Positions 38,330 through 52,388 of a stretch of 64,000 bases of DNA are shown one piece after another (the stretch's first letter is position 1; each line of letters starts with the position of its first letter). Below the pieces are notes generated by a model. The model was not told the DNA's origin. It searched no databases and saw only the letters and a program-made list of their open reading frames with translations. Source of the DNA: Octopus sinensis (Eukaryota); assembly GCF_006345805.1 (NCBI RefSeq), contig NC_042997.1:110918001-110982000 (forward strand). Reading direction: 5' to 3'. A program made the translations under genes and the position numbers.

Positions 38330-39125
38330 AGTGTGCAAACATGACTGAGTACCAGCATCTTGAGAGAAACTGGGAGAATGGCTGCATGATTTTCTGAAGG
38401 GCAGGAGTCGGACAGTTGTAGCCAATGGTGCTCACTCTGAAGAGACACCAATTCTCAGTGGAGTCCTACAGGGAACTGAACTGGGGCCACTACTATTTGT
38501 AGTGGTCCTCTCAGACATGCCCTCCACGGTACAGTCAGCCAATCTCTGACCAGTTATGCTGATGGCACAGGAGCATCGCAGGTAGTTAGGAACTGCAGAA
38601 AGACCTGAATGAAATCTGCAAATGGGCTAATAAAAATAACGTGCTGTTCAATGCTATGAAATTTCAGAAACTCCACTATCGGTCCAACACCAAGCTAAAT
38701 TCTTAATACACCAAACTAGAAGGTAATATGATCCCAGAGTCAGTCGGTGCGTGACCTGGGGGTTCACATGAGCAATGACGCAGCATTCCATGTGCATATT
38801 ACCAAGATGGCAACACTGTGCAGGTGAGTGGCTGGATGGATTCTGAGGATATTCAGAAACGGGGAAAAGGGATGCCCTGCTACCCCTATAGACTACTGCT
38901 CCCAACTATGGTCCTCAGAGAGTGTGGAACTCGAAGCAATCCAGCATCAATACACAAAGAAGATTAACTCGATGCAAAAGATGGGTTCCTGGAAGAGGCT
39001 AAAGGAGCTGAGTCTCTATTCCCTGGAGAGAAGACGAGAGAGATATGCGGTGATATATAGTTGGAACATCTTGGAGGGTTTAGCTCCCAATTTTGGAAAT
39101 GACAGCTATACCAATCCTCGAACTG
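38330..39125 (+). mobile_element. Degenerate CR1-group LINE RT fragment
   Basis: SGVLQGTELGPLLF, YAD, RDLGV, IDYCSQLWS, LYSLERRRERY. Confidence 0.85.
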
Positions 39126-39931
39126 GAGTGGTTGGCATTAGGAAGGGCATCCAGACGTAGAAACATTGTCAGATCAGTTTGGAACCTGGAGCGACCTCTT
39201 GGCTTACCAGTCCCCAGTCAAATCACCCAACCCATGCCAGCATGGAAAATGGACATTAAACGATGATGAAGATGAGGATTCACAAATTTTCCTCCAATAA
39301 CTTCATTGTTATGTCATTGAACAATGCAAGTTCACACTTCATTACATTTCCTCTGTGTAGTGTACGGTTGTTTCCCATTCAACAAATTCTGTCAAACTGG
39401 GCAGAACCTAACTGCACTCGTGGTCTGCTTTACACACTCTTTTACCAGATACTGTGTCACCTGATCCTGGCAGTAGCTGCTCTGTCGTATTTATAAGAGA
39501 TCAGACAGGTAGAAGGATGAAGATATCAGTGATGCTACAGTCGTGTGGGGTCGTCTGAACTCTCCATACATTAGCAAGGTTAGCAGTGAAGTGGATGACA
39601 AATTATTTCACTTGACAAGGTAGCATCTGGTTAATGTCCCTTACCATCCTCCATTGTCCCGTCAAGAGAAACAAGTTTGATTTCCCTGTCATAGGAAGCA
39701 AATGAGAATGAAATATAAGGGGACAAAATTTTTTTGAGATTCTTGTTCTAATGTCACCAACACCCTGCCACTGCTACTAATAGCTGTTGGGAACCCTTTC
39801 AGCCCTGCCTTACATTAGAATCAGAATCTCAAAAAAATAAAGTTGAATAACTGTAAACCTACTTTTGGGCCACCCTGTATATATAGATATATAAATATAT
39901 ACTACATATATATATATATATCTATATATAT

Positions 39932-39963
<32 letters not shown>

Positions 39964-40211
39964 CATACACACACACACACACTACATATATATGTATATT
40001 ATATATATATATAAACGTGTATAAATACACACACTACATATATGTAAATTTGTACATATATATATACACACACTACATATATATATATATGATATATTTA
40101 AATGTGTATGTGTATATATATATACATATATATACATACACACTACAGACATTTATATGTAAACTATATATATGTGTGTGTATATATAATGTGTATATAT
40201 ATTTGTATATA

Positions 40212-40246
<35 letters not shown>

Positions 40247-40248
<2 letters not shown>

Positions 40249-40669
40249 TGCAGGTGTGGCTGTGTGGTAAGTAGCTTGCTTACCAACCACATGGTTCCAG
40301 GTTCAGTTCCACTGCATGGCACCTTGGGCAAGTGTCTTCTACTATAGCCTCGGGCCGACCAAAGCCTTGTGAGTGGATTTGGTAGACAGAAACTGAAAGA
40401 AGCCCATCATATATATGTATATATATATATGTATATATATATATGTGTGTGCATGTATGTTTGTGTGTCTGTGTTTGTCCCCCTAGCATTGCTTGGCAAC
40501 CGATGCTGGTGTGTTTATGTCCCCGTCACCTAGCAGTTCGGCAAAAGAGACCGATAGAATAAGTACTGGACTTACAAAGAATAAATCCCGGGGTCGATTT
40601 GCTCGACATAAGGCGGTGCTCCAGCATGGCCGCAGTCAAATGACTGAAACAAGTAAAAGAGTAAAAGAA
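40247..40669 (+). mobile_element. Full-length tRNA-headed CORE-like SINE with internal TA microsatellite (representative copy)
   Basis: A box tggctgtgtggt, B-box-like ggttcagttcc, CORE-like accttgggcaagtgtctt, (gtaaaaga) tail. Further copies near 6020, 14185, 18205, 31552, 32970, 36177, 42065, 45505, 52587 and 55085. Confidence 0.85.
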
Positions 40670-42245
40670 TATATATATATATATACACATATATGTATAT
40701 ATATGATATCTCTCTATATATATTGTATGTGTATAGTATATATAAACAATATGTACATATACATTGTGTATATTCATTTTGGGTGTTTGAAGAATAAAAA
40801 GAATGAGTCTAGAGAGTGTCCCTTGGTTCACTCTCTAGACTTCAAGCATCCAAAATGACGAGACCCATCTGTCATGAGAACTGATTACTGTACAATGTCC
40901 CTTGAAAAGCTAATGTAAATAGCGAAAACCAGTTAGATTTCATAACATCCATATGATATGTATATATTTATAAAAAGATATTAAACTCTATGAAACGAAG
41001 GCATTTCTCTTCCAATTTATATAAATATATATATTGCATGATATGCTATATACATGTATTAAAGCTTTTATACTATGTACACACACACACGCGCACACAC
41101 GCATACACACACACACACACACACCACACACACACACTTTGAAATGTTTCAAGCCTGTAAGAGCCATTGAATATTTTAAAGAGATTAAATCGTATAAAAT
41201 ACAGTTCTTTGAATAAATAAAAGCTTGTTTAGTGTTAAGAGAAGTTACTCAAACCACTTTCTTTGCACACACTTATGTACCCTGTTTATTATAGGAGAAT
41301 GCAGGCCATCTTGATAATGATTTTATACAACTGATGGCGTATATTAATTTTGTTTCTTCCAGTAATGTTTATAAAGCAGTTTTATACATTATATACAAGT
41401 ATATATATGTGTGTGTGTGTGTGTTTTTCCATACCTGTCATATTTTTGTGCCATTTGATATGGGTAACAAAATTCCTTTTGAGTATTGTGTGAGCACTTT
41501 CAACGTTGATAATACACCGGCTTAAAAGTCTGTTTAAAATAGGTCACTAAACACACACTCACAAATATATACACCACAGGAATTTGATAAGTGCCACTGC
41601 ATGAAAATCTTTGCTTTGAGTAACTAAATATTTATAAAAATACACTTAGTCATATTTTGAGTTATATTTTCCCTGTTTGTACCAACATAGCTATGTATAA
41701 AACTGAAGGGTTGTCACTCCCTGGGGAAAAAAAAATACTTCATAAGTCCTCTGTAACATAGGACCAGGCTAACATTATTGTTTAGGTATGAGGTAAAGAA
41801 CTCCAAGTATTCTTATGCTGGGGTCTGAGATAGCAGATCATCACCATTCTGTATTGTGAATCCATGGTTGTGTTCCAGTCATATTTGTTTTTATGCAGAG
41901 TGATGTACAAGACAAGGTATATTTTGCCTTTATTGGAGTGAATTTGGCTTACAGCTGGTTTATTACGATAAAGAAATATGCAATCACCATTATTTATGCT
42001 TTATCTTATACACACACACACACACACACATCACACACATTTTTGTGTGTGTGTGTGTGTATATTCTTTTGTTTCAATCATTTGATTGCGGCCATGCTGC
42101 AGCACCGCCTTTAGTCAAACAAATCGACCCCAGGACTTATTCTTTGTAAGCCTAGTACTTATTCTATCGGTCTCTTTTGCCAAACCACTAAGTTACAGGG
42201 GCGTAAACATTCCAACATCAGTTGTCAAACGATGGTAGGGGTCAA

Positions 42246-42373
<128 letters not shown>

Positions 42374-42849
42374 CACACACACACACAACAGGCTTCTTTC
42401 AGTTTCCAATTCACTCACTCACAAGGCTTTGGTCAGCCTGAGGCCATTGCAGAAGACACTTACCCAAGGTTCCACATAATGGGACTGAACCCAGAGCTAT
42501 GTGGCTGGTAAGCAAGCTACTTACCACACAGCCACTGTATATATATACATATATATGTATATATTTTCTAAATTATGTTATTTCTGTATTTTATGCAATT
42601 CTTTATATTTGTATTATTCCATACTTTTTTTTTTGTTTCTTTATTCTGTATTATTATAATTTAGTGATATTTCTTGCGGTTCTTTACATTCTGGGGTTGA
42701 ACTTGCCAATCATCATTCCATGGCTGATTAAATAAGTACCGGTTGAGCATTGGGGAGCAGTGTAGCTGCTCCCTCCTCTAAAATTACATTACTGGCATTC
42801 TATGAAAATTATCATCATCATCATCATTATTTTTATTATTAATATTATT

Positions 42850-44385
42850 AAAATAAAAATAATAATAATAATAATAATTGTGTACAGTGCTCAGGTGCAC
42901 TACAACTCATCTAAAGTGTATATATAATCAGGTGTAGTTTCGGCGGATTTCGGAAAGCATGAGGGCCTTAAAAGATGCAGTGTCATGGCAGTCAACAACT
43001 GACGCAGGCAGTTTATTCCATGCTTCAGCAACTCTGAGCGTGAAAAAATGTTTCCGAAAGTCATGGGAGCTGTATTGTTTTCTGACTTTGTAGGCATGTC
43101 CACGTGTGTTAGACACATGGAGATCAAAAAGGTGTTCAGTGTTGTTGTTGGTGAGGTGGTTGATAACTTTGTGGGTGTTTACCAATCCGTCGCCAAACGC
43201 CGGAGCTTCAGTGAATCCATGCCCAGGGAATCAAGGCGCTCAGAATATGGTAGGTGTCTGATGGAGGGTATGCGTTTGGTTGCACGTCTCTGGACAGATT
43301 CCAGGAAGTCAATGTTCTGTGCAAGATAGGGGTTCCAAACTGATGATGCGAATTCCAAGTGTGGTCGTACCATAGCTGTATACAGTTTTAAATAGATGGC
43401 TGGAGAGCGGCTAACAAAAGACCTGCTGAGTGATGCCAAGACACCCTCGGCCTTCCTGACAATCTTAGAGATATGCTTGACCAACGCAAATCACTGCTGA
43501 CAGTGATGCCTAGGTCACGCTCGCAAGAGGATTTCTTGATATCAGTGTTGTGGAGGGAGTATGTGAACGCAGGGTTTTTTCTCCAAAATGCATGGTGGTA
43601 CACTTGTCCACAGCCAGTTTCAGTTGCCAGTCTGTGATCCATTGCTGCATTGTGTCTAGGTCTGATTGCAGGAAAGAGTTGTAGACATCAGGATCTGTCC
43701 TCTTGATTTCAAGGTACAGCTTGATGTCGTCTGCATATTTCAATACTGTGGCATTCTTTAAATTGGCATCTATGTCGTTAATGTATGCCACAAACAAGAG
43801 GGGACCAAGGACAGATCCCTGTGGTACACCGATGACATCTCATATGGTGTAGAGTGCTGTCCTAGAACTGTGACTACCTCCTTTCGGCTGAGGATGAAGG
43901 ATTTCAACCAGTTAAAAAGGTCATCCCCCACACCCATTGCAGAGAGTTTCACCATAAGTCTTTTGTGTGGCACAGAGTTGAAAGCCTTAGCAAAGTCAAG
44001 GTAGACAACATCCACCCATGAGCCACTGTCAGTAATCTGAGTAATGTCCTCAAGGAACTCGACAAGCTGGTCACTGCAGCTGGAGTTAGGGACAAATCCA
44101 TATTGTGAGGGTCGGATGAGACTGTGAGAGCTCCAGAAGTTCCAGAGTGTTTCTCTGACACACGATTCCATCAGTTTTGCAATACAGCTAGTGAGACTGA
44201 CTGGGCGATAGTTGACAGGTGATGTGCGGTCGCCCTTTTTGAACAGAGGAATGACACTGGCAGTTTTCCACTGCTCCGGAGTAGCACCATTGTTGAGACA
44301 GTACTGGAAGAAAATAGAAAGCTGGTGTAAAAGGAAGTGCCTGCCACGTTTGAGAAGCAGGTATGTAACTCCATCGAGTTGGCAA
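42850..44385 (-). mobile_element. CR1-group LINE, 5'-truncated RT with (TTA)n tail
   Basis: NYRPVSLTS, YLDFAKAFNSVPH, KYADDIKL, RPHLEFASSVWNP, TRGHAYKV. A few frameshifts. Confidence 0.93.
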
Positions 44386-44619
44386 ACTGGCAAACTGGCT
44401 GAATTGTTAGCATGCTGAGCAAAATGCTTCGTGGCATTTTGTCTCTCTTCACGTTCTAAGTTCAAATTCCACCAAGGTCGACTTTGCCTTTCATCCTTTC
44501 GGGGTTGATAAACTAAGTACCAGTTATACACTGGGGTTAATGTAATCGACTTAGTCCCTTCCCTCAAATTTCAGGCCTTTTACCTACAGTAGAAAGGATG
44601 ATGATGATGATGATTGTTG

Positions 44620-44674
<55 letters not shown>

Positions 44675-45019
44675 TGTTGTTGTTGTTGTTGTTGTTGTTA
44701 AGGTGACGAGCTGGCAGAATCTTTAGCATGCCAGGTGAAACAGCGGTATTTCGTCTGCCCCTACGTTCTGAGTTCGAATCCACTGGGGTCAACTTTGCCT
44801 TTCATCCTTTCAGGGTCAATTAACTTAGTATCATTTATGCACTGGGGTCAATGCAATTGACTTAATCTCCTCCCCCAAGCTGCTCTTGTGACAAAATTGA
44901 AATTATTATTGTTATTATTCCTTCGTAACACAGTGTAGGTAAAAATGCACCTGAGTCTTTAGTCATCTGTCAAATCACAACAAGGACCTCAGGCAGATAA
45001 TACTTTCCTTAAGATGTGC

Positions 45020-45442
45020 GCTTTGCCCAATAAGGCTGCTTTTTGCAAGACATCAATCTTGCATGGGATTTCCAGTTGCCTTAAGAAGTTTTGTTTTCAA
45101 CCTCTTTACTCACAACATTCATGTCATTTGGTATGGCTACATCAATGATCTGACATTATTTGTCTCTCTTATTCAATATGACAATATCTGGCCGACAGGG
45201 TTCGATTACACGATCTGTCTGAAAATCGTAGTCCCAGAGTATCTTTAATTTTCCATCCTCCTGCATAACTTTACTTGGTACATGCTCATACCAGTTTCCT
45301 GTTACTTCATATTGGTATTTACGGCATAAGAGCCAATGAAGATACACACACACTTTTATCGTGGCAGCACTTGTATTCTTTTTGTGCAAGGCTCTCACAT
45401 CCATTTACCAAGTGGGTCACATTTTCCACACGCTTTCCACAT
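45020..45442 (-). mobile_element. R4/Dong-like non-LTR fragment (CCHC + RLE)
   Basis: CGKRVENVTHLVNGC..EYKCCHD and KILWDYDFQTDRVIEPCRPDIVIL. Confidence 0.8.
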
Positions 45443-45825
45443 TGTTGTTGTTGCTGCTGCTGTTGTTGTTGTAGAAAAAGAAGAAGAAATGGAAAAAATT
45501 GGTGCTGTTTCAATCATTTGACTGCAGCCATAGCTGGAGCACCACCTTTAGTCGAGCAAATCGACCTAGTACTTATTCTATCGGTCACTTTTGCTGAAAC
45601 CACTAAGTTACAGAGATGCAAATACACCAGCATTGGTTATCAAGTGATGTTGGGTGGGGACAGACACAAACACAAATATATATGTATATATATATATATA
45701 TATCATCATCATCATCATCATTTAGCGTCCGCTTTCCATGCTAGCATGGGTTGGACAGTTCAACTGGGGTCTGTGAAGCCGGAAGGCTGCATCAGGCCCA
45801 GTCTGATCTGGCAGTGTTTCTACGG

Positions 45826-45870
<45 letters not shown>

Positions 45871-46841
45871 TAGATAGATAGATACATATATCCGACGGGC
45901 TTCTTTCAGTTTCCGTCTACCAAATCCACTCACAAGGCTTTAGTCGGCCAGAGGCTATAGTAGAAGACACTTGTCCAAGGTGCCATGCAGTGGGACTGAA
46001 CCCAGAGCCAAGCTACTTACCATACAGCCATGCCTGTGCCTGTGTAGATGTTATATTTGTGCAAGGTATATATAAGAGTTGAAAATACTGGGAAATATTT
46101 TCTTTAGATTAATAATATCAAAGTGGGAAAGAGGAACATTCTTTGGTATCATTTATTCACTATATAATAAATATTTCCAAAGAATTTTCCTTTCTCCTGT
46201 CTTGATTTGTATATGACAGAGTGCTGAAAAGTTGCAGGCTTTAGTGTATTGCAAAAGGCCTAGTTGGAGGCCCAACCTTCCGAGTTCTTTTACAGAGCTT
46301 TGAGAAACTTTATTTACATTGGACGGATATGTGTCCTCATCTTGTTTGTTGTTACCACAACGTTTTGGTTGATATACTCTCTCGCCTTCATCAGGCCCAC
46401 AGGCATATAGTGTAATCTACTAACCCCAAGATTCCAAGTTCAATTCTTGGCAGTGCCTTGAATAAATGATAATAATAATAATAATAATAATAATAATATC
46501 AGAAAAAACCGAAAATCCTTAGGAATGAGGACCCAGGGTTAGGTTTAAAATTCTACCAGATCGTGATGAAGGCTGGAGAATAAATCAGCCGAAATGTTGT
46601 GGTAACAACAAACAAGATAAGGACACATATCCGTCCAATGTAAATAATGTACAGAATTCCTCATCTCTAAAATATAGAACAGTATTAGAAAAACTGAAGG
46701 ACTTCTGCAAAAAGTGTGTGAATCTGAACAGAATATGTTGAATAAAATCATAATTGATTGATCCTCCTGTATTTTCTTTCAGCCAAAGCCAGGAACTTCT
46801 CAGCACGCCCTCGTTTATCCATACATTTCTATATTTTACAG

Positions 46842-46982
46842 TGCAATGGGGAAGAAGTAGCAGTGAAAGTATTTTCTCAGCCATCGGACTCCCGAACGAT
46901 GCTGATTCAACGACGGGAATTCGCTGTTCTCAAAATGTTGTGTCACAATAATGTCGTTCAGTTGTATGCCATGGAACCCGAT
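46842..46982 (+). CDS. TBK1: TBK1/IKKe-like kinase, coding exon 2 (CNGEEVAVKVFSQPSDSRTMLIQRREFAVLKMLCHNNVVQLYAMEPD)
   Basis: Acceptor ttttacag, donor GTAAGT at 46983, 141 nt, phase 0/0. Contains the VAVK catalytic Lys and the REF alphaC Glu (human FAIKVF...[25 protein letters not shown]). Confidence 0.95.
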
Positions 46983-47148
46983 GTAAGTATCATATCTTTG
47001 TTCTGTTTTAACCCATTTGTGCTGAAATTTTTCTAGTGAATGAAATTGCCTGAAATTAGGGGGCCTAAGTTTGCACCCACTAAACAAATTTTATTCTTGA
47101 GCCAGTGTATATATTTACATATTTGATTATATTTTGCATCTGTTGCAG

Positions 47149-47278
47149 TTATATTCCAATATTCCAGTCCTCGTTATGCAGTTTTGTTCAGAAGGCACCT
47201 TGTTTCGAATGTTACAAAAGCCAGAATTTGCGTATGGAATGCACGAAGAAGAATTTCTCATCTTTTTACATGATATCA
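47149..47278 (+). CDS. TBK1: TBK1/IKKe-like kinase, coding exon 3 (LYSNIPVLVMQFCSEGTLFRMLQKPEFAYGMHEEEFLIFLHDI)
   Basis: Acceptor tgttgcag, donor GTATGC at 47279, 130 nt, phase 0/1. Matches human [37 protein letters not shown]. Translated by hand; this frame is not in the ORF track. Confidence 0.95.
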
Positions 47279-47502
47279 GTATGCAGAATTCATTTTTAAA
47301 GTGGATTTAATTTTTTTCCTTAATTTTATTTCTTATTCTCCAGTTTGTTATGCAGAAATATGCTTCCACATATTTCTTCCATGCTATAACATTATCAGTA
47401 ATGTTTCTATTGACATTAGAAAACCTTTTGATAGTCTGTTATTGTTTCTAGTATTACTGGTATTGTAGTTTCTTAACTACTTCTAGTCCTATATCACAAG
47501 AA

Positions 47503-48125
47503 GAGCACCATACGAATGTGATCATTGACAGAGCAGCTAAACGGCTTCCGTGCCAGTGGCACTTAAAAGGCACCATTCGAGTGTGATTGTTACCAGCATC
47601 GCTTTACTGGCACTTGAGCTCCGTACTAGTAGGGTATTAAGAGCACCATCCGAGCATGATCGTTGCCAGAGCGGCTATCTGGCCTCCATGCCGGTGGCAC
47701 ATAAAAGGCACCATTCGAGTGTGATCATTACCAGTGTCGCCTTACTGGCACTTGTGCCCATGCTAGTAGGGCGCCAAGAGCACCATCCGAGCATGATCGT
47801 TGCCAGGGCACCCAACTGGCTTCCGTGCCGGTGGCATGTAAAAGGGCACCATTCAAGCGTGATCATTACTAGCATTGCCTTACTGGCACCTGTAAAAAAT
47901 TCGAGCGAGGTTGTTGCCAGTACCGCCTGACTGGCCCCGTGCCAGTCACATGTAAAAGCACCCACTACACTCTCGGAGTGGTTGGCGTTAGGAAGGGCAT
48001 CCAACTGTAGAAACACTGCTAGATCAAGATTGAAGCCTGGTGCAGCCATCTGGTCCGCCAGTCCTCGGTCAAATCGTCCAACTCATGCTAGCATGGAAAG
48101 CGAATGTTAAACGATGATGATGATG
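47503..48125 (+). mobile_element. (GAT)n-tailed SINE-like repeat with variable tandem 5' sub-repeats (representative copy)
   Basis: Alternating gcaccattcgagtgtgatc / gcaccatccgagcatgatc units, then cactacactctcggagtggttggcgttaggaagggcatcc...gttaaacgatgatgat. More than 12 copies on both strands in the window. Confidence 0.85.
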
Positions 48126-51100
48126 AATTGATTTATTTTGTTGTGTCTTGGTAGGGTCATTACGCCAATAATTATAACACACACACACTGGTTCAATATC
48201 ATTTCTTCATTGTTAGTCAATCAGTTGGATATCTAACCAACTATCTACTCTGTTGTTTGCTTATTGTGCTGGTTAAACAGTCAGTTGGTTTGCAGGCCTT
48301 GAAGAGTGGAAGCATGTCACGGATGAGGTCATAAGGAAGGGACAAAAGGACTTTGACACACAGACCACCGAATCATTGTTTAACCAAATTTCGATGTCAT
48401 CTATAAATACTATGGCACCAAGAAGAACCTGGAAGCAGGAGAAACAACTCCACTGTTAGTTTTTGGCCACGTCTGCAGCTCTCCAGCAGAGAAAAGATAA
48501 AGAACGTGCCTGGAGCTGGTGGGGGGCATCTTAAATAAGATTAAGAAGAAACAAGAACCGTGTTGAAGTTCCATTATACAACAATCATCATCATCATCAT
48601 TGTTTAACATCCGTTTTCCATGCTGGCATGTGTTTGACGGTTTGACTGGGGACTGGCAAGCCAGAGGGCTGCACCAGCCTCCAATTTGGTCTGGCAATGT
48701 TTCTATAGCTGGATGCCCTTCCTAAACGCCAACCACTCCAAGAGTGTAGTGGGTGCTTTTTACGTGCCATCAGCAAGGGAGCCAATCAGGCGGCATTGGC
48801 ATCAGCCACATTCAGATGGTGCTTTTTACATGTCACTGGCACAGGGAGACACTCAGGTGGCACTAGTATCAGCTACAACTACAATTTCCATTTGATTTGA
48901 CTTGACTCAGTAGGTCTCCTCAAGCACAACATGTCACCTGACGATTCAAAGCGACTTTTTAAATGAGCTGGTTATGCAACACAGGTGTAGGCCATAAGTG
49001 ATATTAGGATGTGTGAGTTCCGAGCAGGAATGGAGCTACCATGCAGTTGACTTTGCATCAATGGTTTTGTTAGTGAATCACCATCATCATTTATCATCTG
49101 TTGTCCATGCTGGCATGGGTTGAACAGTTTGATCAGGGTTGGCAAGGCTAGAAGGCTGCACCAGACTCCAGTCTGGTTTGGCATGGTTTCTACAGCTGGA
49201 TACCCTTCCTAACGTCAACTACTTTGAGAGTGTAATGGCTGCTTTTACATGCCACCAGCGTGGCTACCATTTGCGTGACACCGGTCTCTGCCATGATTGT
49301 GATTTTGCTTGGCTTGATGGGTCTTCTTCCCCAGCACGACAATATGCCAAAGGTCTCAAAGAAAGCAAACAAACAACTTACAGATATATTTTAAATGTAG
49401 GGTGTCTACAGACAGGTAGGTTTATGAGTAGAACAATTATTGTAGAAAGAATAACACCAGTTTGTTGGGTGTTACAAAGCATTTGAAAGGAGAAGAATGC
49501 CCATGTCTAAGTTCTCTTTTCTAACGAGAGTTGTGCAGTTTCCAAGTTACAAAGTTCAAACTGGAGAGCTAGTTCAGCTCTAGGACAGGAAATCAATGCT
49601 CAAGAATTAACATCAGGTAAATATATGTGAAAATACCTATGCGTAATCAACTTACCTGTATTCAACCCAGGTGCACAGGTGAAAATGACATGGCAATAAC
49701 AACAGGAAAGACCACCTTCACAATGGACACCAATAATCAACTGCAGAGATCAACTTTGCTTTTCATCCTTTCGGGGTCAATGAAATAAAGTACTAGTCAA
49801 GTATTGGGAAGGAGCAGGGGTCAGTGGCTATCTCCACCCCCACTAAAGATTGTTAGCCTTGTGTCAAAATTTGAGACCATTGTATCAGTGATTTTTCATC
49901 TGCAATACTTATAGTTTTATGAATTTTTTATACTGGACTAACAACATTTTCATTGAAATCTTTTGTGTCTACATAGATAAGGCACATGATCTTTTAATAA
50001 TTAATATAATACCATATCTTCCTTATTCCAGTATTGGTATTCTAGTTTTTGTCAATGTTCCTTAGTGTTTAGTGCTTGGTAAAATTAGATGTTGGGCCTC
50101 ACAGAGGCAATGACAAAAGACCAAGACCTCTGGAGATATGCTGTGACTCAGAAAACCCAGCAAATAAAGTGAGTTCACAGCTGTAACCTGGCGACATGCC
50201 ATCTTGAGGAGACCTATTGAGTCAAGTACATCAAAATCAAATCAAATCACAATCAAATAGAAACTGTAGTTGTGACCCCCGTGCCGGTGGCACGTAAAAA
50301 GCACCATCTGAACGTGGCCAACGCCAGCACCACCTTGATTGACTTCTGTGCTAGTGGCACATAAAAAGCACCAACCGATCGTGGTCGATGCCAGCCCCCT
50401 CTGGCCCCTGTGCTGGTGGCACGTAAAAAAGCACCCTCTACACTCTCAGAGTGGCTGGCGTTAGGAAGGGCATCCAGCTGTAGAAGCACTACCAGATCAG
50501 ACTGGAGCCTGGTGCAGCCATGTAGTTTCCCAGACCCCAGTTGAACTGTCCAACATAGAAAATGGATGTTAAACAATGATGAAAGGTATATTGAATAAAT
50601 ACTCCAATCGGTCAAAACAACTTTATATCATTCCCAAATTATGAAAACTCGAATACAAATATATATTAAAACAATAGGGCACCCAATGGTAAAACCCAAC
50701 ATTATGAAATATACACAAATAAAAGGTGATATATCATTTAATGTACACAGTATAAAGATGTATAGTTTCATGCTGTAAAGACATGTGTCTAGGCAGGTTT
50801 TTATAACACACCCTGTGTCTCCAAGCAATCTTCAGACTCTGAGTGCATTGTGTGTTGTATTGAAAATCATGATGCTGGTACATGAGAAACCATGAGAAAA
50901 AAATGAGATGAAGGGTGATGTAAAAAGTGGAATGGTATATAAAAATAGAAGAAAAAAAGGAAGCAAATTAGAATTTGTTCCTCCTTGACCATAGAAGCCA
51001 TAATTAAACTCTTCTAACATAAAGTCACCTCTATCAGGGTTTGTAGTCATGCAAGCCACAAGACAACCTTATTAGTACCATGCTGTTTGCATGAAAAAAA

Positions 51101-51259
51101 GCACCCAGTCCATGTTGTAAAGTGGTACACATTAGGAAAAAAGCATTCAGCCGTAGAATAAACTGTCATCTAAGTTACACAAAAAGGAAAATAGCACTGA
51201 TATTTCATTTTAACACACATATTTACCAACATTATATAAAAATATCTTGAAATACTAAT

Positions 51260-51999
51260 GAGAAAATCTATTCAAAAAAATCGCCATTGGCTTCAACCAT
51301 GGCCTCCAAATGACTTTGGAATCTCCTGCATCTCTTCTGGACAGTCTCCTTTAAGTTGGTGAATGCTACCATAATCCTTGCCTTCATCTTTGGTGTTATA
51401 AGGTGCTTTGTTGGTCTCTTGCTCAACTGTGCCCCACACATAATGAAGGGGGTTGCAGTCTGGGGAGTTAGGTGGCCAGATGTTAGGGGTTGCAGAAATT
51501 GTCTGACTGCCATGACTGGGTTCTCCTGCTTGTGTAGCATGGTGCAGAGTCCTGTTGCCAGATATAGAGTCTCTCAGCAGCTACCCTCTTAACCCAGGCA
51601 GCACTACCTCCTTCTGGCACTTGATGTAGGCCTCTGTGTTGAGTCTGAGGCTGTGTGGGAAGATGAATGGAGGCATAATGTCGCCATCACTAGTGATCAC
51701 TCTAAACACCATGATGTTGACTGGATGTTTGATTTTTATCACTCTCAGTATATGTACCCAGATTGATGCCCAAACACCCTGAAATGCTTGTATTAGAGTT
51801 TCTGGTGTGAATGCCAAGCAGTTCAGCATGTCGTTTCCAAATTTCTGGCAGAGTGAATTACATCATGATGCTGTTTGTCTCACAGACAGTGCCCAACTGA
51901 CCCTACTGTACATTATAGTTGACAAAATCAAAAACAAACAATGCACATGCATGAAATTAAAAATGTAAAATGGCGACAAGTTACCGATCACACCTTGTA

Positions 52000-52000
<1 letters not shown>
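51260..52000 (-). mobile_element. Degenerate Tc1/mariner-superfamily element with TIR
   Basis: WPPNSPDCNP motif, FQSHLEAMVEANGDFFE C-terminus, TA|CAAGGTGTGATCGG terminus near 51999. Confidence 0.75.
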
Positions 52001-52036
<36 letters not shown>

Positions 52037-52327
52037 CACGTGACGTGATCGACCAGACCATCAAATGTTGCTACACATCGCTGGTCACAATGCGTTCGCA
52101 TTGTTTTAGCCTTCGAATGACGCCACCCCACTGGCTAAGCTAGCAGGCCAACAGAAGAAAGAGTGAGAGAAAGTTGTGGCGAAAGAGTACAGCAGGGATC
52201 ACCACCCCTTCCGGAGCCTTGAGGTGTTTTCACTCAATAAACACACACAACGCCCGATCTGGGAATCGAAACTGCGATCCTACGACCGCGAGACCGCTGC
52301 CCTAACCACTGGGCCATTGCGCCTCCA
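52037..52327 (-). mobile_element. Young, CpG-rich tRNA-headed SINE 60 bp upstream of kinase exon 4
   Basis: Minus strand ggaggcgcaaTGGCCCAGTGGttagg...GTTTCGATTCC (A and B boxes), followed by a non-tRNA body and a cacgtga tail. Confidence 0.8.
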
Positions 52328-52388
52328 CACACAACACACACATATATGGGTAGATATAATGCATTCATATATATATGTTTATCTTCAG

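Noticed and set aside
44598-44700. PolyQ/polyS/polyN coding repeat (also 45440-45472)
   Set aside because: Trinucleotide microsatellite between SINE copies, with no splice signals or flanking coding sequence.
52250-52327. tRNA gene on the minus strand
   Set aside because: A and B boxes are present, but there is no proper acceptor stem and it continues into a repeat body: a SINE head.
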